A DNA stretch of 64,000 bases from contig JBBISH010000001.1 in NCBI GenBank assembly GCA_037441385.1, positions 96,001-160,000 of the forward strand, read 5' to 3'. A model generated the notes under the pieces. It ran no database searches and had not been told where the DNA came from. It saw nothing but the letters and a program-made list of their open reading frames with translations. This DNA is from Myxococcales bacterium. GTDB lineage: Bacteria; Myxococcota_A; UBA9042. Below are positions 9,959 through 18,976 of this stretch, piece by piece. The number at the start of each line of letters is the position of its first letter. Within the stretch, counting starts at the first letter, position 1. Position numbers and translations under genes: made by a program.

Positions 9959-11259
9959 GGTGCCCCCGCAGGCGCGGCCAGCCATGGCTGGGCAGGCAAG
10001 GGCCCGGTCAGGCTGGTCAAGAAAGCCACCAGATCTTCAGCATCTACGCTGCCGGGCAGCGGCCGCAGGGTCAGCTCGCGGTGCCCCAGCTGCGCCTTGC
10101 CAGGCAAGGTGCGATAGAAATCGACCACATCACGCAAGGTTGCCGCCTGTCCCGCGTGAAAGTAGGGCGCCGTCATCGCCACATTGCGCAGACTAGGCGT
10201 CTTGAACGCCCCGACAAAGTCGGCAAAGCGCGGATCCAAGAACCGGAGTTCGTCGCATTGCTTGGCATCCGAGTACGCCTCGCCACAGCGGAACGGGTCG
10301 TGCTTGACCTGCCCCGCGCCCAGCGTGCGACCGCCGTCCACTCCGGTCAGAGGTTGGCCTTGATCGTCGTCGCCACCGGGCAGACCCAGGTTGTGGAAGG
10401 TGCGGTCGCTGAAAAGCGGCCCGTTGTGGCAGTTGACGCAGCCTGCGGTGCCGATGAACGCCCGCAGACCGCGCCGCGCAGACTCGCTCAAGTGCCCACC
10501 GCCCGCGGCATCGCCCGCCACCACGGCCTGTACGTAGCGATCGAACGGCGCTGGCTGCGGCTGCAGGTGCCGTTCGTAGGCCTCGATTGCTTTGCCAAAA
10601 TGGGCGAATACGCGGTTCACCGCGTCTTGGTCTGCCGGCTGCATCGCCGCCCAGGCCACCTGCAGCGGGTGCTGCCGGTCCAGATCCACTGGCATGGCGT
10701 GGGGCGGAAAGCGCTGCAGATCGGCCAAATTCGGCATCGGGCCAAACAGCTGCTCGTAGGGCTGCCGATAGCGATCGTACAGGGCGTGCGCCAGTGCCAG
10801 ACGATCCAGCCCGTGCTCGTTCGCGGCTTCAACGGGCCCCAGCGCCTGCGACCACGCGCTGTCTTTGCGGCCGTCCAAGAACAAAAACGGGAACCAGCCC
10901 GCACCGATCACGGTGGGCGCGTTGCGCTTGGTCGCTCCCACCCCTTGGGCCTGCCGTCGACCGTCCGTAAAATACTTTTGCGGCTCGTGGCAGGTCGCGC
11001 ATGCCACCTTGCCGTTGCTAGAAAGGGCCTTGTCAAAGAACAGAGCTTGCCCCAGCTTGGCGGCGTTCGGCTCATCGGCCCAGCGATTGCCAGGACTTGC
11101 GGGCAGTTTGTTGACCAGCGCCAGGCTCGCCAGTATGCGCAGCTCTGCCGGAGTCCACGGGCCGTCGCTAGTCCGGCAACCCACGCCCGCCACACCAAGC
11201 AGGCTGGCGACGAGCAGCCACCGCAGCGGCGGCCCCAAACGAAGTCCCAAGCGGTCCAT
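9955..11259 (-). CDS. di-heme cytochrome c peroxidase/MauG-family lipoprotein
   Basis: CATCH and CVNCH heme motifs, LGQALFFDKALS, FKTPSLRNVAMTAPYFHAG. Confidence 0.9.
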   Translation of the reverse strand: MDRLGLRLGPPLRWLLVASLLGVAGVGCRTSDGPWTPAELRILASLALVNKLPASPGNRWADEPNAAKLGQALFFDKALSSNGKVACATCHEPQKYFTDGRRQAQGVGATKRNAPTVIGAGWFPFLFLDGRKDSAWSQALGPVEAANEHGLDRLALAHALYDRYRQPYEQLFGPMPNLADLQRFPPHAMPVDLDRQHPLQVAWAAMQPADQDAVNRVFAHFGKAIEAYERHLQPQPAPFDRYVQAVVAGDAAGGGHLSESARRGLRAFIGTAGCVNCHNGPLFSDRTFHNLGLPGGDDDQGQPLTGVDGGRTLGAGQVKHDPFRCGEAYSDAKQCDELRFLDPRFADFVGAFKTPSLRNVAMTAPYFHAGQAATLRDVVDFYRTLPGKAQLGHRELTLRPLPGSVDAEDLVAFLTSLTGPLPAQPWLAAPAGAP

Positions 11260-11265
11260 GGTGGG

Positions 11266-11811
11266 CTACTGCGCCGCGCCGGCTGGCAATGCCTCGGGCG
11301 GTTGTTCAAAGGGCAACTCGAAGGAATCGCTTTGATCCCCCTCGCGCACCTGCACAGAGAACACCCAGTGGCCCTGCATGTGCAGGCGCATCCCCTGGGT
11401 GCGGAATTGCCCCGGCACCAACTGCGCCGTCTCAGGCTTGGTCATCATGCCATGGTGGTGGGCCGGCATGGTCGCATCCACGATCACGGTGGCGTCGGCA
11501 GCCAGCGGCGCGCCGTCCGAGTGCTGCACCCGCGTCACCGCCGCAAACAGGTCGCCGGTCGACGGCACGGTAAAGGTAAAGGTGCCTTTGTACTTGCCGG
11601 CCTTGCTGGTGCCGCCCAGCTCCATGGCGGTGCCAACGGCCGGTGCCGCATTCGCCGGCGCTTGCGCCTGTGCCGGCGCTGGAGCCAGGGCCGGGGCTGG
11701 AGCCAGGGCCGGGGCTGGAGCCAGGGCCGGAGCCGGAGCGGGGACCGGAGCCGCCTTGCCGCATGCACAAAGCACAACAATTCCAAGCAGTAGAAAATGG
11801 GGGGCATTCAT
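11266..11811 (-). CDS. YtkA/FixH-like Ig-fold lipoprotein with His/Met metal motif
   Basis: LCAC lipobox, (APAPAL)n linker, DATMPAHHHGMM and LHMQGHW motifs. Confidence 0.7.
   Translation of the reverse strand: MNAPHFLLLGIVVLCACGKAAPVPAPAPALAPAPALAPAPALAPAPAQAQAPANAAPAVGTAMELGGTSKAGKYKGTFTFTVPSTGDLFAAVTRVQHSDGAPLAADATVIVDATMPAHHHGMMTKPETAQLVPGQFRTQGMRLHMQGHWVFSVQVREGDQSDSFELPFEQPPEALPAGAAQ
11678..11731. repeat. 18-bp tandem repeat x3 (GCTGGAGCCAGGGCCGGG) encoding a Pro/Ala linker
   Basis: Read directly from sequence. Confidence 0.9.
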
Positions 11812-12884
11812 GGCGTGGCCTGCTTGGGCGCTGCGGCAAGCGCCGGCTGGTCTTCGTCGAGCATCTCGGTCGCCTGCACCGAGGTCTTGTGGCCGCGCGC
11901 CCGATCGATGGCCTCGATGCCCGTGGTGCCGCGCTTGGGCGTGCCCAAGTTGACCCATTGCCAAAACACGCGGCCCAGACCGAACCACATCAAGCCGCCG
12001 CCCGGCATCCACATGAGCAGGCCGCCGATCTGCTGGTCGCTCATGGCGTCGAGCCCCCAGGCGCGCGGCTGCTTGGCGTAGAAGGTGTACAGCACGTCCG
12101 ACGACATCGAGATGATGAGGCCGAGGATCTTCATGCCGAACATGTTGACGAAAATGAACACCATCCGCCGCGGGTACGAGCGCTTCAGCTCCGGGAGCGG
12201 GGCGATCGCCACGAACCAGAACATCACCGACGTCGTCATGAACAGCAAGTGCTCAAAGACGTGCCAGGGGTGCTGCTCCAGCGCCAGGTTGTAGGCGTCG
12301 GGCCAGTGCCACGCCCAGGTCGCGCCGTTGAAGGCGATCGAGGCCACCAGCGGCCCGGCCGCCCAAGCGCCAAACCGCTTGCAGCCCGGCAGGTTATACA
12401 GCGCCCGCCACAGCCATTCGGGGATGCCGAGGATCATCAGCGGCGCCCAGACCAGCTGCAGCAGCATGTGTTGCAGCATGTGCGCCGAAAACAGCAGCTC
12501 GTCGGCCAAGTGGTGCAACGGCCCATCCAGCGACAGGTACATCAGCAGCAGCGAGCCGTAGAAGCTCTGGACACGCCAAGGTTCGGCCGGTTGGTCCGAG
12601 AGCGCGGCCTTTTTGCGCCACTTGGTGATGGCCCAGGCGTACCATGCGCCAAAGGCCAGCGCACCGATCACAATGCTCTCGTGCACTTCCCACACCAGCC
12701 AGGCGGTCCCGCTCTCGAACGCGAGGGCCGCATTGGGCGAGGTGATGGTGGGATTGCCGGTGTGAGCCAGGGCCGGCCGCGCCAGCCAAGCCAGCGCCGC
12801 GAGGGCAAAAAGGCTCACGCCCGCCCAGACGGTCGCAAGGACTCGCCGGGACGGGCGCAGCGGAACCAAAAAGCTAGGACTCAC
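11808..12884 (-). CDS. ctaG: caa3-type cytochrome c oxidase assembly factor CtaG
   Basis: LFSAHMLQHMLL, WAWHWP, HVFEHL and DQQIGGLLMWMPG motifs. Confidence 0.85.
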   Translation of the reverse strand: MSPSFLVPLRPSRRVLATVWAGVSLFALAALAWLARPALAHTGNPTITSPNAALAFESGTAWLVWEVHESIVIGALAFGAWYAWAITKWRKKAALSDQPAEPWRVQSFYGSLLLMYLSLDGPLHHLADELLFSAHMLQHMLLQLVWAPLMILGIPEWLWRALYNLPGCKRFGAWAAGPLVASIAFNGATWAWHWPDAYNLALEQHPWHVFEHLLFMTTSVMFWFVAIAPLPELKRSYPRRMVFIFVNMFGMKILGLIISMSSDVLYTFYAKQPRAWGLDAMSDQQIGGLLMWMPGGGLMWFGLGRVFWQWVNLGTPKRGTTGIEAIDRARGHKTSVQATEMLDEDQPALAAAPKQATP

Positions 12885-12939
12885 GGGAACTTCTTTGGCC
12901 TACGCGACATGGCCGTGGCCTCCGGAGCGCTTCTCTGGC

Positions 12940-13695
12940 TCAGGGCATCTTGTCGCCAACGCAGGGCTGGCCGCCCGCCACGTTGGTGCCCTTCAGGCTC
13001 TTGATGTAGTACATGACCTGGCGAATTTCTTCGCCTTTGAGCTGCCCGGCCCAAGCCGGCATCTTGCCGCCCGCCTGGCCCTTGCCAATGGTCATGTACA
13101 ACTCTTTGAACGAGCCGCCGTACTTGTAGCAGTCGTCGGTCAGGTTCAGACCCAGGTTCGGCATGCCGCCGCCCTGCGGGCCGTGACAAGCGGCGCACTT
13201 CTCGCCAAAGACCTTCTTGCCGTCGGCAAATTCCTTGCCCTTGGCCAGGTCAAAGGCGGCCGCAAACTTGGCGTCGTCCAGCGGCTGCTCAAAGGCCGGG
13301 CCCGTGCTCGCTTCGACAAAGCCAAGGGCCTTGGCCTCGGCCGTCACCGCGTAGCCCGCGCCGAACGGCCGGAACATCACCACCGAAAGTAGCGACAGCA
13401 GCACGAACACCACCGTGGCCAGCATCAGCGGCGACAGGAACAAGAACTGATACACCCGGCGGTCGCCGCGCAGGTGCATGAACTCGCCCACCACCGCGCC
13501 AAACTTGGCAACCGACATGATGATCAGCGCCGGCGCCCACAGCGGCCGGGCCGGCTCCCAGATCTCTGGGTAGTGCTTCAGCATCGGCAGCGCCAGCTCG
13601 ATGGCGGTGATCACGGTGAGGATCGCGCCGATCCGCAGGTAGTGCTTCTTGTGCGAATGCGTCACGCCGGATGTGGCGTCGTGCGCCTGGCTCAT
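12940..13695 (-). CDS. cytochrome c oxidase subunit IV fused to a C-terminal CcoP-like cytochrome c
   Basis: Three TM helices with KF...FMHL (prokaryotic subunit IV motif), then CAACH...NLTD...GG...MPAW; ATGA overlap with subunit III. Confidence 0.8.
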   Translation of the reverse strand: MSQAHDATSGVTHSHKKHYLRIGAILTVITAIELALPMLKHYPEIWEPARPLWAPALIIMSVAKFGAVVGEFMHLRGDRRVYQFLFLSPLMLATVVFVLLSLLSVVMFRPFGAGYAVTAEAKALGFVEASTGPAFEQPLDDAKFAAAFDLAKGKEFADGKKVFGEKCAACHGPQGGGMPNLGLNLTDDCYKYGGSFKELYMTIGKGQAGGKMPAWAGQLKGEEIRQVMYYIKSLKGTNVAGGQPCVGDKMP

Positions 13696-14354
13696 TTGAT
13701 GAACTCCAACAGGTAGACGAAGGTGAAGATGACGATCCAGACGATGTCGACGAAGTGCCAGTACAGGCCCGCGGACTCCACGGTGATCGGCGAGCGCTCT
13801 TTGTTCAGCTTGCCGTTGCTGATCATGATCGACAGCATCGTCAACCAGATGACGCCCACGGTCACGTGCGCGCCGTGGAAGCCGGTCATGACAAAGAAGG
13901 TCGAGCCGAACAGCGAGGTCGACAGCTTCAGCCCCTCTTCGACGAACTGCGAGAACTCGTACACCTGGAAGCCGACAAACGTCGCGCCGAGCGCCGCCGT
14001 GGCCAGGATGTAGGTGCGCGCGCTGCTGAGCCGCTTCAACCGCGTCGCGTCCACCGCCAGCGCCATCGTCATCGACGACATCAGCAGCAAGAACGTAGAG
14101 ATCGACGTGATGGCGATCGAGAAAACCTGGTTCGGCAGCGGGCCGGCCAGGCTCTTGCCATGGTAGAAGAAATAGGTGCCGATCAGCGAGCCAAAGAACA
14201 TGCACTCGGACCCCAGGAAGGCCCACATCGCCAGTTTGATGTTGGGCAGGCCCAGGAAGTTGTTCTCGGCGCTCACGTGGCCGTGGTCACCGTGGCCGGC
14301 GTCGTGGCCGGCGTCGGGGAGGTGACCGTCTGCAGTGGCGAGCTCTGCGCTCAT
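13692..14354 (-). CDS. ctaE: cytochrome c oxidase subunit III
   Basis: MWAFLGSECMFFGSL, TGFHGAHV, GLYWHFVDIVW. Confidence 0.93.
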   Translation of the reverse strand: MSAELATADGHLPDAGHDAGHGDHGHVSAENNFLGLPNIKLAMWAFLGSECMFFGSLIGTYFFYHGKSLAGPLPNQVFSIAITSISTFLLLMSSMTMALAVDATRLKRLSSARTYILATAALGATFVGFQVYEFSQFVEEGLKLSTSLFGSTFFVMTGFHGAHVTVGVIWLTMLSIMISNGKLNKERSPITVESAGLYWHFVDIVWIVIFTFVYLLEFIK

Positions 14355-14399
14355 GAAATCCTCACTTCGAAACAGAAGAAGCTGCGAACAGTTTGCCGA

Positions 14400-16241
14400 C
14401 TACACGGGCTCCGTCACCCACTGGTAGATGCCGACCACCACGGTCAGCGCACCCGCCACCGAGATGAGCCACAGCATGGGCGCCAGGTTGAGCAGCAGCA
14501 GGCCCAGGATGACCAGCAGCGCGCCGCTCGCCACCACCAAGGGCTTCCACGAGTACGAGGGCATGTGGATTTGCTCGGCCTCGTGGGGCACCGGGATCGC
14601 CAGATCCTCGCTGTGCTTGTGGTCAAACAGCGGCCGCTCCGAGAACACGACCGGCGTAAAGTCAAAGTTGTGGGCCGGCGGCGGCGACTCGGTCATCCAC
14701 TCCAGCGTGTTGGCATCCCAAGGATCGCGCCCCGCGGTTTTGCCGTTCTTCATGCTGGTGAAGATGTTGTAGACCATCAGCAGCGTGCCGGCGGCCATGA
14801 AGAACACGCCCACCGTGCCCAGCATGTTGTCGAAATTCCAACCCGCATCGGCCGGGTAGGTAAAGATGCGGCGCGGCATGCCGCGGTTGCCCAGGTCGTG
14901 CATCGGCCAGAACGTGATGTTCATGCCAAGGAGGAACAGCCAGAAGTGGGCCTTGCCCAAGCCTTCACTCAGCATTTTGCCAGTGATCTTGGGGAAGTAG
15001 AAGTAGATGCCCGAGAACAGGCCTTGCAGCGCGCCGCCCACCAGCACGTAGTGAAAGTGCGCGACCACAAAGTACGAGTCGTGCTGCTGCAGGTCCAGCG
15101 GCGCGTTGGCGTGCATGACGCCCGATAGACCGCCAATGGTGAACATCGGGATGAACGAGATCGCAAACAGCATCGGCACGGGGAACGTCAGCTTGCCGCC
15201 CCACAACGTGCCCAGCCAGTTGAAGATCTTTACGCCGGTGGGGATGGCAATCACCGCGGTCGTCGCGGCAAACACCGCGTCGGCGATCGGGCCCATGCCG
15301 GCGGTGAACATGTGGTGACCCCACACGCCAAAGCCCACAAAGCCGATGAAGACGCCCGAGAAAATCACCGCGTGCTGGCCGAACAGCGGCCGGCGAGCAA
15401 ATACCGGCAGAACCTCGGACACGATGCCCATCGAGGGCAGGATCAGCACGTACACCTCGGGGTGACCGAACAGCCAGAACAGGTGCTGCCACAGGTGCGG
15501 GTCGCCGCCCATCGCGCTCTCGTAGAACACGGCGCCAAAGGTGCGATCGAAGGCCAGGAAGATGAGGCCGACGGCCACGGGCGGGAAGGAGAACGCGAGC
15601 AGGAACTGGATGACGAGCATCATCCAGGCGAGCACCGGCACGCGCATCAGGGTCATGCCCGGGGCGCGCATGTTCAAGATGGTGACCACGAAGTTGACGC
15701 CCGCGACCATCGAGCTGATGGCGAGGAGCACGAGGCCGGCCCACCAGAAGTCCATGCCGTCGTTGCCGTAGGCGCGGGTCGACAGCGGGGCATAGCCGGT
15801 CCAACCACCTGCGGGGAAGTGGGCGAACACGATCGAGGCGTTGATGACCAACGAGCCGAACAGGAACGTGTACCACGAGAACGCGTTGAGGCGCGGGAAG
15901 GCGACGTCGCGGGCGCCAATCATCAGCGGCACAAAGTAGTTCGAGAAGCCGGCGATCATCGGCATCACGGCCAAGAACACCATGGTGGTCGCGTGCATCG
16001 TAACCAGGCCATTGTACTGGTTGCCGATGAACAGATCCTGGTCGGGCTTGGCCAACTGCAGGCGGAACAACAGGGCTTCCAGGCCGCCGATGAGCAGCCA
16101 GAACAGACCCGCCGAGCCATACAGGATGCCGATCTTCTTATGATCGACGGTGGTCAGCCAGTCGACAAGGCCAGATTTGGCGGGCCGCTCCTGGTGGTAG
16201 ACCGGGGCTTGGGCCTGGGCGAAATCGGCAACGGATGCCAT
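14400..16241 (-). CDS. ctaD: cytochrome c oxidase subunit I, A1 type
   Basis: DHKKIG, GHPEVY (A1 Glu), WGHH, HFHY, TGVKIFNW; C-terminal extension with two extra TM helices. Confidence 0.97.
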   Translation of the reverse strand: MASVADFAQAQAPVYHQERPAKSGLVDWLTTVDHKKIGILYGSAGLFWLLIGGLEALLFRLQLAKPDQDLFIGNQYNGLVTMHATTMVFLAVMPMIAGFSNYFVPLMIGARDVAFPRLNAFSWYTFLFGSLVINASIVFAHFPAGGWTGYAPLSTRAYGNDGMDFWWAGLVLLAISSMVAGVNFVVTILNMRAPGMTLMRVPVLAWMMLVIQFLLAFSFPPVAVGLIFLAFDRTFGAVFYESAMGGDPHLWQHLFWLFGHPEVYVLILPSMGIVSEVLPVFARRPLFGQHAVIFSGVFIGFVGFGVWGHHMFTAGMGPIADAVFAATTAVIAIPTGVKIFNWLGTLWGGKLTFPVPMLFAISFIPMFTIGGLSGVMHANAPLDLQQHDSYFVVAHFHYVLVGGALQGLFSGIYFYFPKITGKMLSEGLGKAHFWLFLLGMNITFWPMHDLGNRGMPRRIFTYPADAGWNFDNMLGTVGVFFMAAGTLLMVYNIFTSMKNGKTAGRDPWDANTLEWMTESPPPAHNFDFTPVVFSERPLFDHKHSEDLAIPVPHEAEQIHMPSYSWKPLVVASGALLVILGLLLLNLAPMLWLISVAGALTVVVGIYQWVTEPV

Positions 16242-16273
16242 AGCGAGCTCCTTATAGAATCGGTACGAACGTG

Positions 16274-16315
16274 CGGGTCAGGGCCTCGGGTCAGGGCCTC
16301 GGGTCAGGGCCTCGG
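16274..16315. repeat. 13-bp tandem repeat x3 (CGGGTCAGGGCCT) between oxidase subunits II and I
   Basis: Three perfect copies plus a partial CGG. Confidence 0.95.
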
Positions 16316-16324
16316 ATGAGGTGC

Positions 16325-17542
16325 CTACTTCAAGCTGCTCAGGAAGGCCGCAATGGTCTTGGCATCTTCGGGCGTCACCAAGCCGTCGGGCATCTTGGAG
16401 CCGGGCTTGACGGCCGAGGGCTTGCTGATCCACTTGGCAATGTTTTCGGGGTTGTTGACCAGCGTGTTGGCGGCGATGGCCATACGCGAGCCCACGTGGG
16501 TCAGATTGGGGCCGCTGGTGGCCGAACGGGCGGCGATGTCCGTGCCCTCCAGGCCATTGATCAGGTGGCACGACGGGCACGTCCGCTCTTTGAACAGCTT
16601 GAGGCCCTTTTCCAGCTCGGCGACCGGCGGCTTGGCCGGCTGCAACTGAGCCTTGACCCAGGTCTCGTAGCTCTCGAGCTTGACCTTCTGGCCCTTGTAG
16701 TCCACCTCGACCTCGGCCGCCAGCGGATGCACGACGAGCTTGGTGCCCATCAGCGCATGGCTGGAGCCGCAGAGCTCGGCGCACTGGCCGTCGTAGATGC
16801 CAGGCGCCTTGGCCGTGAACGACATCGGGTAGTTGCGACCCGGGTTGGCATCGCGCTTGCCACCCAGGCGCGGCACCCACCAGGCGTGGATGACGTCGGC
16901 CGAAGTCATGTGCAGGGTCACCGCCGTGTCGGCGGGCAGGTGCAATTCGTTGGCAGTGTGCAGACCTGCGGCGCTGCCGCTCTTGTAGTCGAATTCCCAC
17001 CACCACTGCTTGCCCGTCACATCCACTTCCACCACCGGTTGGTTCGGGTCGTGGCGCTTGGACATCTGGAACACACCCACCAGCATCGGCACGGTGATGG
17101 CCACCACGATCAGCGTGGGGATGGCGGTCCAGATGACCTCGAGCTTCATGTTGCCGTGGCTCTGCTCGGGCAGAGTGTCGTCGCCGGCCTGCTTCTTGAA
17201 CTTGACTAGCGCGTAGGCCCATACCGCCACGACGATCGCCAAGATCGCCGCGTCCAGATACAGGAGCAGGCTGTAGAAGAAGCTACTGATTTCGCCGTTG
17301 TCGCTCACCGGCGCATGCGTGTCGCGGGGCGCCGGCTCGCTGGAGCAGCCCGCCAGCCACGCCAGCAGCAGCGGGAGTGCGGCCATCGCGACGACTTTGA
17401 GCAGGGACAGCGCCGCTTTGCCTGCAGGGTACCCAGCTACAGGGTGCGCAGCTACTGGGTGCCCAGCTACAGGGTGCGCAGCTGCAGAGAGCCGGGCCAG
17501 GCGATGGCGAAGTGCGCTGAGGGTGAGCAAGCGATAGGACAT
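16325..17542 (-). CDS. ctaC: cytochrome c oxidase subunit II with C-terminal cytochrome c (caa3 type)
   Basis: LAGC lipobox, QWWW, DVIH, CuA motif CAELCGSSHALM, heme motif CPSCH; start codon uncertain. Confidence 0.93.
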   Translation of the reverse strand: MSYRLLTLSALRHRLARLSAAAHPVAGHPVAAHPVAGYPAGKAALSLLKVVAMAALPLLLAWLAGCSSEPAPRDTHAPVSDNGEISSFFYSLLLYLDAAILAIVVAVWAYALVKFKKQAGDDTLPEQSHGNMKLEVIWTAIPTLIVVAITVPMLVGVFQMSKRHDPNQPVVEVDVTGKQWWWEFDYKSGSAAGLHTANELHLPADTAVTLHMTSADVIHAWWVPRLGGKRDANPGRNYPMSFTAKAPGIYDGQCAELCGSSHALMGTKLVVHPLAAEVEVDYKGQKVKLESYETWVKAQLQPAKPPVAELEKGLKLFKERTCPSCHLINGLEGTDIAARSATSGPNLTHVGSRMAIAANTLVNNPENIAKWISKPSAVKPGSKMPDGLVTPEDAKTIAAFLSSLK

Positions 17543-17758
17543 GATGCAATTCCGAAGCTGGGTTGCCAGTTTGGTCGGCCGCCGCGCAGGGCCGGAGTCA
17601 GTGTTCCGGACGAAGACTAGACCACCGCCGACCCGCGACCGCGGCAGCTGTTTTCGCAACGGCTGCGACAGGTACGGACGAGGGGCGTGGCCGTTTGGGG
17701 ATCCGACTGGGTTATCGAGAAGATGACCGACAAAGGCGAGCCCTCATCAGGGGTTACG

Positions 17759-17788
17759 ATTCCCACATTCGGCGTTTACATTCCCACA
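17759..17788. promoter_or_regulatory. ATTCCCACA direct repeat at 21-bp spacing upstream of the oxidase operon
   Basis: Identical 9-mers at 17759 and 17780 in a relatively AT-rich intergenic patch. Confidence 0.4.
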
Positions 17789-18007
17789 GCGGGATATGCA
17801 TGGCGCAGCCAGCGGGATGTGCACGGCGCAGCGGGGTCCACTCGACGCCGCACGCAGGGCGTTGCTTGCGCGACCGCGGGGCGACTCCGCTGCCGGCGGG
17901 CGGATTGTACGCGAAATGTCGCCGCGAGTCACGGGGCTGTCATGCACTTTTTCGCGTGCCCTTTTTCGCTGCTCAGCAAGGTGGGATCTGGACCGGTGCA
18001 GCGGGCC

Positions 18008-18976
18008 TCAGCGACGGGCCAGGTCGAAGGTCATGGCGGTAAACAAGACGTGCAAGTAGGCGAGCGAAGCGAAGAACGCCCGCTTGGCCATCGCCTCGGT
18101 GCCGACGCGGTAGAGCTGGATGCACTTCCAGACAAACCAAGCCGTGGCCGCCAGAGCAAAAAGCCCGTAGCCGATCGATAGGTTGCTCGTCAGCGTTGGC
18201 AGGATAGCGAACGGCGCAATGCTGATCGCGTACTGCACGATGCGCAACCGGGTCAGCTTGTCGCCGTGCGTCAGCGGGAGCATCGGTAGGTGCGCATTGG
18301 CGTAATCCTGCTTGCGGAACAAGGAAATCGCCCAGAAATGCGGGGGCGTCCACAAGAAAACGATCACGAAGAGCGTCAGACTCATCAGGCCGATGCGGCC
18401 GTGTAGGGCGGCGTCGACGATCAGCGGCGGCGCGGCGCCGGCGGCCCCACCAATGACAATATTCAGCGGTGTCGTGGGTTTGAGCCACATCGTGTAGATC
18501 ACGACGTAGAACGCGATGGTCAGCGCCCCGGCCAGGGCGCCCTGCCAGCCCCCCGAGGCGGCGAGCACGGCCACGCCCGCCACGGTCAAGAACCACGCCC
18601 AGATCCAGGCCCATCCCGGCGGCACCAAGCCCGTGGGCAACGGCCGGTTGCGGGTCCGCTCCATTTTGGCGTCGATGTCGCGCTCCAGCCAGGCGTTGAA
18701 CACCGAGCTGGCGGCCGCGCAGAGGGCAATGCCGGCCAAAATCGCAGTGCTGCGGGTCCAGCTTGGCCAAGCGCCGTCATCGATCGCCAAGGCAGGCAAA
18801 CCGGTAAAGAATACCAGGCCGACCACGGATGGGCGGGTCATGGCAAGCAGGCCGCCCAGGCGCGAGCGACTACCGCGGGCCGATGGAGTGCCGCGCTCGG
18901 CCTCGCGAGTCGGCTCGCCGGCTGGGAGTTCCGCTAGCTGCGCGCCGGAATCCGCCGCATTGTCCACAGGGATCAT
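18008..18976 (-). CDS. ctaB: protoheme IX farnesyltransferase (heme O synthase)
   Basis: ERDIDAKMERTRNRPLPTG, YTMWLK, IGGAAGA, FLWTPPHFWAI. Confidence 0.95.
   Translation of the reverse strand: MIPVDNAADSGAQLAELPAGEPTREAERGTPSARGSRSRLGGLLAMTRPSVVGLVFFTGLPALAIDDGAWPSWTRSTAILAGIALCAAASSVFNAWLERDIDAKMERTRNRPLPTGLVPPGWAWIWAWFLTVAGVAVLAASGGWQGALAGALTIAFYVVIYTMWLKPTTPLNIVIGGAAGAAPPLIVDAALHGRIGLMSLTLFVIVFLWTPPHFWAISLFRKQDYANAHLPMLPLTHGDKLTRLRIVQYAISIAPFAILPTLTSNLSIGYGLFALAATAWFVWKCIQLYRVGTEAMAKRAFFASLAYLHVLFTAMTFDLARR

Noticed and set aside
12940..14226. 428-aa version of the subunit IV ORF
   Set aside because: The upstream extension overlaps subunit III in another frame; the ATGA-coupled start at 13695 is more plausible
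17563..18042. Small ORFs in the ctaB-ctaC spacer
   Set aside because: No motif or convincing RBS; the region looks like a promoter/leader
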